Source of the DNA: Basidiobolus meristosporus CBS 931.73
Taxonomy: Eukaryota > Fungi > Basidiobolomycota
Reading direction: 5' to 3'
DNA: 64,000 bases
NCBI GenBank assembly: GCA_002104905.1
Contig: MCFE01000124.1
Location: forward strand, 1 to 64,000
This document shows positions 62,341 to 64,000 of the stretch, in pieces. Positions within the stretch are counted from its first letter, which is position 1, and each line of letters opens with the position of its first letter. Position numbers and translations under genes: made by a program. The notes under the pieces were generated by a model that was not told the origin of the DNA, did no database searches, and worked only from the letters and a program-made list of their open reading frames with translations.

Positions 62341-63360
62341 CCGGCAAAAAATAATTTGGTTCTGCAGGTGAATCCAGTCTGGATCAGCTATCAAGATCCC
62401 ATCAGGAGACCACTATACTACCAGCAGCTTGGAGTTAATGAATATCAACACAATCTTGTGACAGGATCACAATGGTACTCTGCTAATTCTACAGCCAAAT
62501 AAAGTTGATAAAATATAACAGTGTTTGTATAGTGTTTTGCCAAGGGTGGCATGGTATTGTTTCAGCCTTAGAACATTTACAACTATTTCAGTGGATCTAA
62601 CCAGCCAGTACACTCAATTGCTGTATATGGCAAAAAACCGGTTAGTGTTTTGATGGCCTCTTTACAAGTCTCTTAAGGCATTATAGCAGCAGTACAGTGG
62701 CCTACAGCTAGTTCTTTAAAATGCTACCATACCAATTTACCATATGATATTCCCTTTTTCTACCTCCCCTTGTGCAATTCATATATTCCACTGTAGAATC
62801 ACCTGTCTTTATTTGCTGACCGACTGCTACCTTTGGTATTCCACATATAGCCCCTATGAAATATAATTTGGTACTGCAGGTGGACTCAATCCGGATCAGC
62901 CGTCAAGATACTGCTCAGAGACCATCATAATAACAGCAGCTTGGAATTAGTGATCTTCCTAACAATCTTATGACAGGATCATGATGGTGTTTTGATCATT
63001 TTACAACCAATAAAGGGATAAAACTTACAATATTGGATTGATGCTGTGGCAAAATTTGCATGGCACTGTTGCAGTCTTTCAGCGCTCTATAACTATTTTA
63101 AGTGGATCCAGTAGGCCAGGACATCCAATTGCCTTATATGGCAAGAAACTTGACAGTATTTTGACATCCTCAGAGCTAGACTCTGATGGCTTTTTTTGGC
63201 AGTATGACGGCTTACCACTGGTTCTGTAAAACGCTACCATACCAGTTTACCAAATGGTATTTCCTTTTTCTACCTCCCCTTGTGCAAATCATATATTTCA
63301 CTGTAGTATCACCTTTCTTTATTTGCTTACCCACTACTACCTTGGGTATTCCACATATAG
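62341..63360 (+). repeat. Two diverged tandem units of about 510 bp; a third partial copy is inverted at about 60900-61175
   Basis: ATAATTTGGT(T/A)CTGCAGG recurs at 62351 and 62863, and CCACATATAG at 62841 and 63351. The minus-strand copy shares GATCCCATCAG and TGCCAAGGGTGGCATGG..AGTGGATCTAACCAGCCA. Confidence 0.8.
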
Positions 63361-64000
63361 TTCAAGTCAAGAAAAACTATGGCTTCCTGCTTACTAACCT
63401 CTACAAACACACACACCTGCCACAATTGACATACTTCTATCACCTCAACTTTACAGCTTTTAGTGTGATACTTGCAAAGATGCCATATACCTTGTACTGC
63501 TGGTAAAGTATATATTTTACAAACATATGCTTGGTTGTTGCCACTTCAGCCATGAATACCTCCTGAATAGCCACAAAGAACTTCTTGGTATATGGCTAAT
63601 ATATTCCTTCTCCCTGCTGGATTCTAGTCCCCCTTAAAGGTGCACTCTGGCTTTTGTTTGTGTGAATTCAGTATTCAATAATGTAGAAGTTGACTTGTGA
63701 CCATGAGAAATCCAGCATATCTAAATAGAGTTTTCCTGATAAAAATTAGTTGCTTGTTGCACCCAACCCAACTTTGCATTACTTAGCTGATTAGCCACAC
63801 TTTGAAGCTGCTTAGCTTCTAAATGCCATAGGCATAGGTGTCTCCATGTGCACACTTGTCCTCAGTTTTTTCCAACTCTTTCTGGCTGTCCTCCATGTGA
63901 CAACTCATCAAATCCATGATAGACTTGAAGGTTATATTCTTGATGAGATTGGGATACTATAGTACCTGCAACTTAGCTTGAGTTACTATCTCCCCACACA

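Noticed and set aside
34315-64000. Classical ascomycete RIP (CpA>TpA) as the cause of transposon decay
   Set aside because: CpA/TpG are abundant and CpG is the missing dinucleotide.
63400-64000. Possible gypsy gag remnant on the minus strand (QQGEGIY*PYTKKF)
   Set aside because: A single weak motif with many stops, truncated by the window end.
1-64000. tRNA, rRNA, CRISPR arrays, telomeric repeats
   Set aside because: None seen by eye; tRNAscan-SE or Infernal would be needed to exclude small ncRNAs.

Overview
Eukaryotic DNA from an early-diverging fungus. The Mucoromycota/Zoopagomycota-like assignment is inferred from the ACC1 sequence, short GT-AG introns and gene content, and I cannot name the species. 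The window has two sharply separated halves. Positions 1 to about 33.9 kb are gene-rich with normal CpG content. They hold ACC1, a Fun19-like SWIRM gene, NudC, an MGKGF-type hexokinase, a BTG/Tob gene, a 7TM-RGS gene, a head-to-head pair of damaged M28 aminopeptidase genes sharing a near-identical 566-bp inverted tract, an EF-hand + BSU1/PPKL-like phosphatase, and dynein light intermediate chain. From 33966 to the end the DNA is strongly CpG-depleted and made of nested transposons: several copies of one Ty1/copia family (about 349-bp LTRs), two Ty3/gypsy elements with intact target-site duplications (TSDs), a 733-bp foldback element, and an unidentified decayed repeat region from about 59.2 to 64 kb. 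Best leads are the N-terminal EF-hand/BSU1-type phosphatase, the potentially invertible aminopeptidase cassette, the abrupt CpG-loss boundary, and a gypsy element with an extra 3' ORF. All identities come from motif recognition and manual alignment; no database searches were run.
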